Assembly: GCA_023659935.1 (NCBI GenBank)
Contig: JAGXOK010000003.1
Span: 1 to 47,820 of the forward strand
From: Candidatus Aenigmarchaeota archaeon LH_S6
GTDB lineage: Archaea; Aenigmatarchaeota; Aenigmatarchaeia; QMZS01
Direction: 5' to 3'
DNA length: 47,820 bases
A model generated the notes under the pieces. That model made no database searches, had not been told where the DNA came from, and was given only the letters and a program-made list of their open reading frames with translations. Below, in pieces: positions 35,985-44,499 of the stretch (its first letter is position 1; each line of letters opens with the position of its first letter). A program made the translations under genes and the position numbers.

Positions 35985-37115
35985 TTATACTTTAAATATT
36001 TTATTTATAAGAACTTTAAAGCCTTTTTCCAAACTTTCAGATTCTAAAGCATTTACGGGTAAGATATCTGCATAGCCAATTCTTTTCTTGATTTCCTCTA
36101 TTTCTAAATGGTTTGGTATGTTTTGCTTATTTGCAAAAACAACAAAAAGAAGTTTTTCTCCCTCAACTTTCTTTAACATCTCTTTTGCTCTACCGAAAGT
36201 CTCAGGAGCTGTTGAATCTATAACTAGAATAATACCCCAAATATCTTTAGATAATACCTTTAAAATCCAGTCAAATCTTTCTTGACCAGGAGTTCCGAAA
36301 ATATCACAAATAATCCCTTTTCTTTCAATATATCCATGGTCTAACGCAACTGTTGTAGATACTCTATCAACAGAAATAGATCCCTCTGAAAGATTTTTTA
36401 CTGTTGTTGATTTTCCAGCATGATATGGGCCAGTAACAAGAATTTTTGGAATATATAAATTAACTCCAGTGAGAGTTATCCAAAAGAAAATCTTTGGACT
36501 AGCCCCAACAAAAAAATAATCCATCCACAAATATTTTTTCTCAACAGAACCAAGTTCTATCACTAAATCAAAACAAGTTTTTATTTTTTCAATTTTCTCT
36601 TTTTCATAACCCCAATCTGTCAACAAAAAAAAGGCTGTTGACCCTCCATGAGATTTTTTTAAATTATTTATAAAATCAACAGTTTCATCAATCCTATAAC
36701 CCATTATACTTTCCAAAGAATCAAAAATATCTATCTTGAAACCTTTTGTTTCTTTTATTGCTTTATCCCACAACTCACTTATTTTCGGTAAAATATTTGT
36801 TCCGTCAATTAGTTTCTCCTTTAAAAAATATTTTGTTTTCTGTTCTTTTCCAAGAGTTGAGGAAATGCAATCAACATATTTTATATTTTTTGTTTCCCAT
36901 CCGTGTTCTTCCAAATTTTTTTCTATTTGCTCTGGTATTTTAGAAGTTGTTAAATAAATTCCTTTATCTTCTTCGGAAATTCTTGTTGAAAAAATATGTT
37001 GGGCAAAACTTGATTTGTCAACTAGAGGACTTGCAAGTAATAGAACAGAACTTTTGTCATCAATACCACCACCTAAGATTTCATTTAGTTTCTCTATTCC
37101 TGTATTTAATTTCAT
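35985..37115 (-). CDS. Fusion protein: degenerate KaiC-like domain + small Ras-superfamily GTPase (MglA/COG2229-like)
   Basis: N-terminal half: TGIEKLNEILGGGIDDKSSVLLLASPLVDKSSF (KaiC-like fold, Walker A lost). C-terminal half: G1 GPYHAGKST, G3 DIFGTPGQERF, G4 ANKQN (Asn where the canonical NKxD has Asp). Confidence 0.75.
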   Translation of the reverse strand: MKLNTGIEKLNEILGGGIDDKSSVLLLASPLVDKSSFAQHIFSTRISEEDKGIYLTTSKIPEQIEKNLEEHGWETKNIKYVDCISSTLGKEQKTKYFLKEKLIDGTNILPKISELWDKAIKETKGFKIDIFDSLESIMGYRIDETVDFINNLKKSHGGSTAFFLLTDWGYEKEKIEKIKTCFDLVIELGSVEKKYLWMDYFFVGASPKIFFWITLTGVNLYIPKILVTGPYHAGKSTTVKNLSEGSISVDRVSTTVALDHGYIERKGIICDIFGTPGQERFDWILKVLSKDIWGIILVIDSTAPETFGRAKEMLKKVEGEKLLFVVFANKQNIPNHLEIEEIKKRIGYADILPVNALESESLEKGFKVLINKIFKV

Positions 37116-37170
37116 AATATATAAAAGTTTTTATTTAAAGGGTTACTTTATTATTAGGGGTTATAATTTT

Positions 37171-37653
37171 ATGCTGCTGGAGAATAAGTTCATAACATTT
37201 GGTCCTGGAAAGTTTGATTCGACAAGAAAAAAGGTTGTGAGGGAATTTATAAAGGAAGGAGATTGTATCTATATAACAGTAAATAAACCAAAAGATATTT
37301 TGGTCAAAGAATTTAGGAATAAAGTTGATGTTAAAAAGATTTTTTTCATGGATTTAGTTTCTAAAACAAATCTATTTTCTGAAACCTCTACCTGTATCTT
37401 TTTGCCTTTCCCAGAAGATTTGCTTGGTCTGGCAATTAAGGTAATGAAAAAAGTTGAAGATAAGAAATTTAAAACAATTATCTTAGATTCTTTTTCAACT
37501 CTTCTATTGTATAATGGTGTTGATAAAACAATAAAATTTATCCATTATCTGGTAAATAAATTAAATGTCCGCAACATTCCTCTCATTGTTATTTCTTTAG
37601 AAATTAACAGAGAAATTAAATCTCAACTATTCCAATTTTTTAAATATGTTTAA
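37171..37653 (+). CDS. Degenerate KaiC-like domain protein (Walker A not intact)
   Basis: The track start at 37015 overlaps the opposite-strand gene, so I use the ATG at 37171. FGPGKFDSTRK replaces the P-loop; a Walker-B-like TIILDSFSTLL is retained. The stop overlaps the start of 37646 by 8 nt. Confidence 0.5.
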   Translation: MLLENKFITFGPGKFDSTRKKVVREFIKEGDCIYITVNKPKDILVKEFRNKVDVKKIFFMDLVSKTNLFSETSTCIFLPFPEDLLGLAIKVMKKVEDKKFKTIILDSFSTLLLYNGVDKTIKFIHYLVNKLNVRNIPLIVISLEINREIKSQLFQFFKYV

Positions 37654-38344
37654 AAAAGTATTCACGGGGATAAAAGGGTTTGATTCAATTGTTGGAGGGG
37701 GTTTCCCTATAAGTAGTATGGTTTTAGTTACTGGCCCAGCAGGAGTTGGAAAAACTACTTTTGGCATACAATTTCTTGTCAAAGGAGCTGAACTTGGGGA
37801 GCCTGGGCTTTATATATCAATGGAGGAAGATGTTGAGAAATTACATATTTTTGAATATTTATTTGGTTTTAATATCAGTAAGTTTGAAAATGAAAAAAAA
37901 ATAAAAATTGTTAGATTTGAATTAATGGAGTGGAAAGAATTATATTCAATAAATAGACTGGAAAAAATGATTGATAAATTGATAAATAAGATAAATGCTA
38001 AGAGAGTTGTTTTAGATTCTAGTTCTATCTTAGGGTATTATCTAAAAAATGAATTTAATTTAAGAAGGTTTCTTTTTAGTCTATCAAAAAAATTTGAAAA
38101 GCATGGGATAACTTCAATTATTATCTCTGATATTCCATATAATTCAAACAAACTTTCTACATTTGGTGTTGAAGAATTTGTTTCAGATGGAATAATTTTG
38201 CTTTCTTATAGCAAGATAAAAACTTATTTCAACAGACGTTTAGAAGTAAAAAAGCTAAGGTTTACAGATTTTTCTAATTTTAAGGTCCCATTTCAAATTG
38301 GTAGGGAAGGTATAGAAGTTTTTCCAACTCAAGAGATTTTTTAA
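37646..38344 (+). CDS. KaiC-like single-domain ATPase (intact Walker A)
   Basis: FTGIKGFDSIVGGGFPISSMVLVTGPAGVGKTTFGIQFL, SMEE, Walker B RVVLDSSS, and LEVKKLRFTD. Confidence 0.85.
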   Translation: MFKKVFTGIKGFDSIVGGGFPISSMVLVTGPAGVGKTTFGIQFLVKGAELGEPGLYISMEEDVEKLHIFEYLFGFNISKFENEKKIKIVRFELMEWKELYSINRLEKMIDKLINKINAKRVVLDSSSILGYYLKNEFNLRRFLFSLSKKFEKHGITSIIISDIPYNSNKLSTFGVEEFVSDGIILLSYSKIKTYFNRRLEVKKLRFTDFSNFKVPFQIGREGIEVFPTQEIF

Positions 38345-38907
38345 ATTTCTTTTTCAAATTTTTCTGTCATTATTTTTGTTTTTTCATTCATTTCTATCAC
38401 TATATCAAAAAATCTTTTAAATTTATCTGCCAACATTTTATTAATTTCGATTACACATGCAACTCTACATTTACTTATCTCTCTCATAAAAACCGCAGAA
38501 AATCTAACTGCTAAATCTGGAGGTATATAATCGAGCAACCTGCTATAGCCTTCTATATAGCATCTTTTTATTGAATTTTCTCTTTTAATAACTTTGAGAG
38601 CATGAATCAAAATACTATTTAAATCAGAAGGATTCACAATTATAATATTATTTGTTGGTTGTGCTTTTCCTGTAACATCTATAAATATTATTTTCCCTTC
38701 CATATACCTTTTTTTAAGTTCTTCTGTTATTTTATTTGCGGGATTCCTAAAAGTTATATATAAAATAGCCCCTCTATCTTTTATTCCTTCTGCAATGAAC
38801 CGAAAAGGAAAACTCTCTACTTGTTCCATAGAGCCTGTTAATAAAACCGTATTCCCTTCCTCTATCTTAATTTCTTTATCAATTTTTTCTATTCCTGTTT
38901 TTATCAT
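38341..38907 (-). CDS. Degenerate KaiC-like domain protein (Walker A lost)
   Basis: MIKTGIEKIDKEIKIEEGNTVLLTGSMEQVESFPFRFIAEG... has a KaiC-like layout without the GxxGxGK(T/S) P-loop. Confidence 0.5.
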   Translation of the reverse strand: MIKTGIEKIDKEIKIEEGNTVLLTGSMEQVESFPFRFIAEGIKDRGAILYITFRNPANKITEELKKRYMEGKIIFIDVTGKAQPTNNIIIVNPSDLNSILIHALKVIKRENSIKRCYIEGYSRLLDYIPPDLAVRFSAVFMREISKCRVACVIEINKMLADKFKRFFDIVIEMNEKTKIMTEKFEKEI

Positions 38908-38917
38908 AAATATATAT

Positions 38918-39637
38918 ATGGAGAAAGTAAAGACTTATATATCAGGATTGGATGAACTAATCGAAGGAGGCCTAATTCCAAATTCAACAACTCTAATTAC
39001 CGGAAAAACAGGAACGGGTAAATCAAGTTTCTGTGTTTCTTTTATCTATTTTGGAGCAATGAGTGGTGAACCTGGAATTTATGTTTTAACAGAGGAAACA
39101 GTCCAAAATATTAAAGAAGAAACCAAAAATGTTTTTGGTTTTAGGTTGGAAAAGTTAGAGGAACAAAATTTATTGAAAATCCTTGCTATTAAACCAGAAT
39201 TCCCTACCCAAGTATCAGGAATAGAAGAATCAAAGATTCTAAAAATATATGTCTATGATCTAGTAGACCAAATTTCAGAATTAGTAAAAGAAATTAATGC
39301 AAAAAGAGTGGTTTTTGATTCTACTTCAATACTTGAATTATTTGTTAAGGATAAGTATCTTGGGAGAATTGCAATTGCTTATTTAATAAATTCTCTAAAA
39401 GAAATGGGGGTTACTTCTCTTCTGGTTGGGACAATTCCAGAAAGTGGTGAAGATTTATCAACCTTAGGCATTATAGAATTTCTTGTTGATGGGATTATAA
39501 AAGTTGAGTTTGTTCCAATTGCAGAAGAGTTCAAGAGAACCTTATCAATTAGAAAGATGAGACAGATTAACCACTCAACTTTCATTCATCCTTTTGAAAT
39601 TACAGAAGAGGGAATAAAAATCCTAAAAATTACCTAA
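38918..39637 (+). CDS. KaiC-like single-domain ATPase (intact Walker A)
   Basis: The ATG at 38918 is used because the track start at 38795 runs antisense through 38341..38907. YISGLDELIEGGLIPNSTTLITGKTGTGKSSFCVSF, TEE, Walker B RVVFDSTS, and LSIRKMRQINH. Confidence 0.85.
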   Translation: MEKVKTYISGLDELIEGGLIPNSTTLITGKTGTGKSSFCVSFIYFGAMSGEPGIYVLTEETVQNIKEETKNVFGFRLEKLEEQNLLKILAIKPEFPTQVSGIEESKILKIYVYDLVDQISELVKEINAKRVVFDSTSILELFVKDKYLGRIAIAYLINSLKEMGVTSLLVGTIPESGEDLSTLGIIEFLVDGIIKVEFVPIAEEFKRTLSIRKMRQINHSTFIHPFEITEEGIKILKIT

Positions 39638-39683
39638 AAATTAATAAAATAAAGCCTTTTATATTAAAAAGAAATGTTATATT

Positions 39684-40115
39684 ATGGCAAAAGGACAAGT
39701 TTCGTTAGAATACTTGATGACATATGGTATAGCAATAGCGATTATAGTAATAGCAGTAGGAGCATTGTATTCAATGGGTGCTTTTACTCCAGGTAGTTCA
39801 ACAAGCAATCCACCTTGCACACCTTGCTTCAGTGATTTTGCATATAATGAACATACCTATGAGGAACCTTCTTTAAAGTTAGAAGTTAAAAATGGTCCAA
39901 GTGGGATAAATAACTTAAGTTGTACAGCATCTAGTGATTCAGCATCTGCTAATTGTAGTGTTAGTTCTGAAACAGTAAATCCAAATGCAGTATTTACTGT
40001 TAGTATACCAGGGGATGGAACAGCAGATGTAAACACAACAATAAGTTTCATAAAGGAAGGGAGTGAGTTAAATGTAACCAGAACAGAAAGTATATCAAAA
40101 GACTACTTCTCCTAA
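39684..40115 (+). CDS. Archaeal type IV pilin, Epd-type class III signal peptide (candidate major pilin)
   Basis: MAKG/QVSLEYLMTYGIAIAIIVIAVGALYS matches the KGQxSxEYL class III signal peptide signature. 143 aa with a Ser/Thr-rich globular part. Confidence 0.8.
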   Translation: MAKGQVSLEYLMTYGIAIAIIVIAVGALYSMGAFTPGSSTSNPPCTPCFSDFAYNEHTYEEPSLKLEVKNGPSGINNLSCTASSDSASANCSVSSETVNPNAVFTVSIPGDGTADVNTTISFIKEGSELNVTRTESISKDYFS

Positions 40116-40143
40116 TAATTTTATTTTTTTAAGTATTCTTCTT

Positions 40144-41358
40144 CTACTCAAAGTAATTGTTATAAGAACTATCATCTATTTTAAAATATTTGAATGAAGA
40201 ACTATTTGTAGAACTTTCGTTGAGACCTTTTGATTCTCCAAGGATTCCATTTATATATTTGTAGGCAATATTTGTGGCATTTTTATCTATGTCCAAATCG
40301 AGTCCTAAAAGATGGTTTTTGTCAACAAAGGTTTCTAAACCTACATTTCCCCCTGTGCAATAAGAGCAGTAAGTTTTTCCTTCTAATCTATCAAAAAAAC
40401 TCGGTCCTGAGGTAGAATTTATATACCAAGAATTTTCTACATGCTTAATAAAGTTTGTGATATTCCATACTTTTCCTTTTTCTCCAGAGAGCAGAATTTC
40501 TGAGTTTATATAATTAGTTAAATTTGAGATAGAAGAAACCTTTAAATAAGAGATATTAACTGAAGTTTCATTATTTTCAAAAATTGTTCCACAGAATTTA
40601 TTTACTCCTATTGTTACTGTTTTATTTACAAAAATTTTTTTCTCAGATTCATCAGCATTTATATTATCTGTTAATTCACCATAACACCATGCCTTGCCAG
40701 TACCACTAACAATAAGTTTAGTAAAATTATCTATGTATTTACTTTTCTTTATAATCCTTGAACCCCTTCCTTCTGTTATGTTTATTAAATATAGAGGGTC
40801 CTCAAAATCATTGATAGAAATTCTTTCTGAAATTTTTATTTTTCTTGAAAACCTTGCAACTCCTGTCTTTGAAATGTTTACTTCAGAACTTGAATTGAAT
40901 AAAATATGAAAAGAATCATTAATAGTTATAGAAATTTTATCCGGATCTAGCTCAATACTCACATTATATTTTCTTGGCTCACCTGTATAAAAAATCTCCA
41001 AATCACTAATTGCTTTATCCAAGGTATTATTTTTCATAAAGGGTACCTCCTCTCCTCTCAAAGTTCCATTTAATATTAATTCCTTTAAATTTTCTTCTGT
41101 TTTCCCACTCTCAAAAAAACTTTCATTTTCTATTATATAATTCAAAGAAGAAACTATTGCCCTCTTTGTTGTTACATCAGCAAGAATGTGCAAACTTCTA
41201 CTAATACTATTATAAGCATAATCCATATCCTCAAGTTGTTGTTTCATGGAAAGTTGCTCCCTCTCAAAGGAAATTGTTTCCCTCTGCAAAATTAATATTG
41301 AAAACACAATTACAACTACTAAAATTGAAATCAAAGAAAACAAAACCCCTTTTTTCAT
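40144..41358 (-). CDS. Pilin-like (class III signal peptide-like) secreted protein, 404 aa
   Basis: MKKG/VLFSLISILVVVIVFSILIL. Its start overlaps the end of 41355..41870 by 4 nt. Confidence 0.55.
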   Translation of the reverse strand: MKKGVLFSLISILVVVIVFSILILQRETISFEREQLSMKQQLEDMDYAYNSISRSLHILADVTTKRAIVSSLNYIIENESFFESGKTEENLKELILNGTLRGEEVPFMKNNTLDKAISDLEIFYTGEPRKYNVSIELDPDKISITINDSFHILFNSSSEVNISKTGVARFSRKIKISERISINDFEDPLYLINITEGRGSRIIKKSKYIDNFTKLIVSGTGKAWCYGELTDNINADESEKKIFVNKTVTIGVNKFCGTIFENNETSVNISYLKVSSISNLTNYINSEILLSGEKGKVWNITNFIKHVENSWYINSTSGPSFFDRLEGKTYCSYCTGGNVGLETFVDKNHLLGLDLDIDKNATNIAYKYINGILGESKGLNESSTNSSSFKYFKIDDSSYNNYFE

Positions 41359-41870
41359 TTTTGTTTTAAATACTTTAAACTAACCAAAAATATAGCAATG
41401 ATAATTATCGCAAGAATAATTAACTCTTTATTTGCTGTTTTCCTGTAGGGTCTTATATTTTTGATAATATCATTATTTACTAAATCTGATAAATTATCTA
41501 CTACTACAAACCTATCTTCTGTTGTGTTATTGGTTTCTACTATCACCCTTACTTTGTCCTCTTCAAACTCTAAATTGTTTTCCTCTGCAAATTTTGATTT
41601 ATTTTCTGCTCTTATTAAGCCACTCAAGTTATCACCAATTCTATCACTTCCTCCACTACTTCTCTCTTCTCTATTCTTAATTGGTATAGAAAATATACCA
41701 TCTATAGTTGAGTAAGGAATTTCATTGGAATTTTCATCTAAAAATTTACTAACTTCAATTGTTAGGGAAGTGTTTTCCCCTTCATCACCTACCACTCTGA
41801 AAAAAATTTCTGCCAGCAAAAAATCTCCTGTAAAACTTTCATTTAAATCAAGGTTGATTTTAGTTTTCAT
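41355..41870 (-). CDS. C-terminally anchored protein lacking a signal peptide (weak cohesin-like N-terminal segment); possibly the detached C-terminus of 41875..44499
   Basis: No N-terminal hydrophobic segment. GDFLLAEIFFRVVGDEGENTSLTIEV...IDGIFSI. C-terminus ELIILAIIIIAIFLVSLKYLKQK (TM helix plus basic tail). The ATG lies 4 nt after the upstream stop, and that stop directly follows an A7 run. Confidence 0.5.
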   Translation of the reverse strand: MKTKINLDLNESFTGDFLLAEIFFRVVGDEGENTSLTIEVSKFLDENSNEIPYSTIDGIFSIPIKNREERSSGGSDRIGDNLSGLIRAENKSKFAEENNLEFEEDKVRVIVETNNTTEDRFVVVDNLSDLVNNDIIKNIRPYRKTANKELIILAIIIIAIFLVSLKYLKQK

Positions 41871-41874
41871 AATA

Positions 41875-44499
41875 TTATTTTTTTGAATAGATTAACTTAA
41901 CTAAAGTTGTGTTAGATACTGTTCTTACCCCATGAATAGTATTTGTACCTGTATTAACCCCTAAAATTGAAATTCTTTTCCCTGTTAAATTAAATATCTT
42001 CTCTTCCAGCCTATTTCTTGCATCTTCTTCTGCTTCTTCCAAAGAATTAAAAGTTGAGCCATACCCAACATATCCTAGAACTTTCAAGGAGTAAATTAAT
42101 TTACTGTCATTTGAAACAGGAATACTGTCTGTTTCATTTATTCCCAAAAATATTTGAACTTTATTTGTCCCATTAGAAATTTTTTCTCTAGGGATAGAAA
42201 TTATGAAAGGATCCCCAAGATCCCTGTAGTCTCCATATTTTGATAAGTTATAAATAGTTATATTTTCTTCACTTGAATTTGTTAAAACAACCAGATTTGT
42301 CCAGTAATCTCCTGAATAAGAAGTAACTTCCCCCTCTATAATTTCAGTTTCACTTGGTTTATAAAAAGAGCAATTTCCTGCTGAGGAAAAATTCTCTTCA
42401 AAGGTTATAGAAAATTCACCATAACCAAAATCAATTTCTGTTTCATTGTAATTAAATTCTATAGAAGAATCATTATATAATAGATTCCCTCCTATGCTAA
42501 CATTTCTCTCAACACTAACTTTCTGGGTTGTATAACTTATTGAAACAATGGACTGGGCAATATTTCTGTAAATCTCCTGTAATCCAGAAGCATTCTGGCT
42601 ACTATAATAATCCCCTTTTCCACAGTCTGCTATTGCTTGAAGTGTTTGATTTGCATTTGGACAGTTAGAAACGGGCCCAAATCCTATCGAATCGACTGTT
42701 GCATTTAGCTTGCTGTAAACTCTACACGAAGACCAGTTTGCATTTTGAATTGCACAATCACAATCGTTTCCAGTGCAGTCCTCAGAATCTCCAGCGCAAT
42801 GTAAAGCTCCCCATCCAATTGTAGTAGTTCTTGTTCCTGTACAGAGATCTTGGGTAGAAGAGCCACAGGAGTGAGTAGGAATTCCATCGGACATAACAGT
42901 AACATACTTTTTTCTCGGAGCGTTTGATTGGGAATCCAAAATTTCATATGCCTTATTTTCAGCACAACAGATGCAGGTCCCACCTTTAGTAAAATAGTTG
43001 TCTATCTCTTGTTTAAGACTGGTCTTGTTAGTGGAAAGATTATGAAAAATTACCCTACCTTTATAGGGTGGTTTCTCATCACCATAAAACCCAACTAAAC
43101 CAACTCTGTTTCCTGTGGTGTTAAGAATTATATCAACAAACTCTTTGTCCAGGCACTTGGCCAATGATATGCGCTTAGTATCATTATTATACAAATCAGA
43201 ATCGTTGCACTCGCGTTCAATGCCTTCTTCCCCACTATCCAGTCTCCAGTCCATTGAGCCAGACAAATCCGTGATTAATATGACGTCGGCATTTCCAATT
43301 TCCTGCTCTGTAAAATTTGTTGATTTCATTCCAAGCCTTAGTGGAGTTGTTGTTTTGCTTAAATTATTGTAACTCAAACCAGAACCCAATATTGAGGAAC
43401 TTATATTTGAATTGTTTAAACTAACATTTACTTCCCCTATTTCATCGCTTTCAAAAATTGTTGAATTTGCAATATTCAGATAAACAACCCCATTTGTTAC
43501 ATTATTTTTATAATGTAAATAAACACTCAAATTATTCAAATCTCCAGGAACATAAAACCCGTCATAAAGATTTATAATCCCCTCTATTTCAGGAAAATAA
43601 TATCTTTTCTTTCCTACTTCCTTTTCTTCAAAAAATTCTGTTGTATTATAATTAACTCTTAAAAAACCTCCTCCAAGATAATGCTCAGTTAAATTAACTG
43701 AATTGAAAACAAATTTTATTGTATTATTTCCTTTTTTAAAATTAGATATATTTACAGGAGATTTGATATTTGCACTAAAGTTTCCAACTGTTGGAGATAT
43801 TGAGAAATTCCCGGAGAAATTCCTATTTACAAATAAGGAAAAATTAGAACCAGAAGAAACTTCTAAATAGGATGATATCAAATTATCTGCTTTTTCTGGA
43901 ATATAGAGATTGAATGTTAAATTTCCCTGCCCAACAAAACCCCCGAAATATAAATAACTTTTTTTCTCTGCTTTAATTTCATTTAAATAGGCTCTTGCCA
44001 TATACCCATATTTTGGCTCACTTGAGCTATAAGTATTTTCAATTAAACTTGAAACAGTAATTGGACCTGAAATGTTTGTATAATTTCCAAAAACTAAATC
44101 CTCTCCGACAGATAAACTAAAATTAACTCCCTCCAAAACCTCAACAGAATTAATCATCTCTCTTGTTACATTTTCAGCAATCTGTTTTTTTACTGTATCG
44201 TTTTCGTCTTTATATTGAGCCCAGTTGCTCAAAATAAAATTGAGCACAGAAAGTTCCTTTTCATCATCCTTCAAATTTCCAATTAGATTTTTTATTGTTG
44301 TACTCTTGTTTTCAGCCTCAGAAACTTTTAATTCTGCGAGAGAATTAAGAAAATCATTTGCAACAAACTTTTGTTGCTCATAACTTCTCTCTTCATAAGT
44401 TTTAGGAATTGAGAATAAATAAAAACTTGAAATTAAAACGATTAATAAGAGAGAAATTCCAATAAAAATATCCAAAGAAAAAACAATCCCTTTATTCAT
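41875..44499 (-). CDS. Large pilin-like protein with vWA domain (874 aa from the ATG at 44499)
   Basis: MNKG/IVFSLDIFIGISLLLIVLISS. vWA MIDAS motif ADVILITDLSGSMDW, ...RVGLVGF..., ...YVTVMSDGIPT. The start overlaps the upstream gene by 8 nt. Confidence 0.75.
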   Translation of the reverse strand: MNKGIVFSLDIFIGISLLLIVLISSFYLFSIPKTYEERSYEQQKFVANDFLNSLAELKVSEAENKSTTIKNLIGNLKDDEKELSVLNFILSNWAQYKDENDTVKKQIAENVTREMINSVEVLEGVNFSLSVGEDLVFGNYTNISGPITVSSLIENTYSSSEPKYGYMARAYLNEIKAEKKSYLYFGGFVGQGNLTFNLYIPEKADNLISSYLEVSSGSNFSLFVNRNFSGNFSISPTVGNFSANIKSPVNISNFKKGNNTIKFVFNSVNLTEHYLGGGFLRVNYNTTEFFEEKEVGKKRYYFPEIEGIINLYDGFYVPGDLNNLSVYLHYKNNVTNGVVYLNIANSTIFESDEIGEVNVSLNNSNISSSILGSGLSYNNLSKTTTPLRLGMKSTNFTEQEIGNADVILITDLSGSMDWRLDSGEEGIERECNDSDLYNNDTKRISLAKCLDKEFVDIILNTTGNRVGLVGFYGDEKPPYKGRVIFHNLSTNKTSLKQEIDNYFTKGGTCICCAENKAYEILDSQSNAPRKKYVTVMSDGIPTHSCGSSTQDLCTGTRTTTIGWGALHCAGDSEDCTGNDCDCAIQNANWSSCRVYSKLNATVDSIGFGPVSNCPNANQTLQAIADCGKGDYYSSQNASGLQEIYRNIAQSIVSISYTTQKVSVERNVSIGGNLLYNDSSIEFNYNETEIDFGYGEFSITFEENFSSAGNCSFYKPSETEIIEGEVTSYSGDYWTNLVVLTNSSEENITIYNLSKYGDYRDLGDPFIISIPREKISNGTNKVQIFLGINETDSIPVSNDSKLIYSLKVLGYVGYGSTFNSLEEAEEDARNRLEEKIFNLTGKRISILGVNTGTNTIHGVRTVSNTTLVKLIYSKK
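41878..41884 (-). other. A7 homopolymer immediately before the stop codon of 41875..44499
   Basis: The minus strand reads ...TAT TCA AAA AAA TAA TATT ATG AAA ACT... Removing one A gives TCA AAA AAT AAT ATT ATG AAA, which is in frame with 41355..41870. Confidence 0.9.

Noticed and set aside
34867-36957. Plus-strand ORFs 34867..35073, 36088..36285, 36736..36957 and 36746..36943
   Set aside because: They are antisense to fae and to the KaiC-like::GTPase fusion gene, both of which have clear motifs.
37015-37170. 5' extension of the track ORF 37015..37653; likewise the 38795..38917 extension of 38795..39637
   Set aside because: The extensions start at non-ATG codons and run antisense through the starts of the opposite-strand genes (35985..37115 and 38341..38907). 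Internal ATGs at 37171 and 38918 give N-termini that align with the other KaiC-like paralogs.
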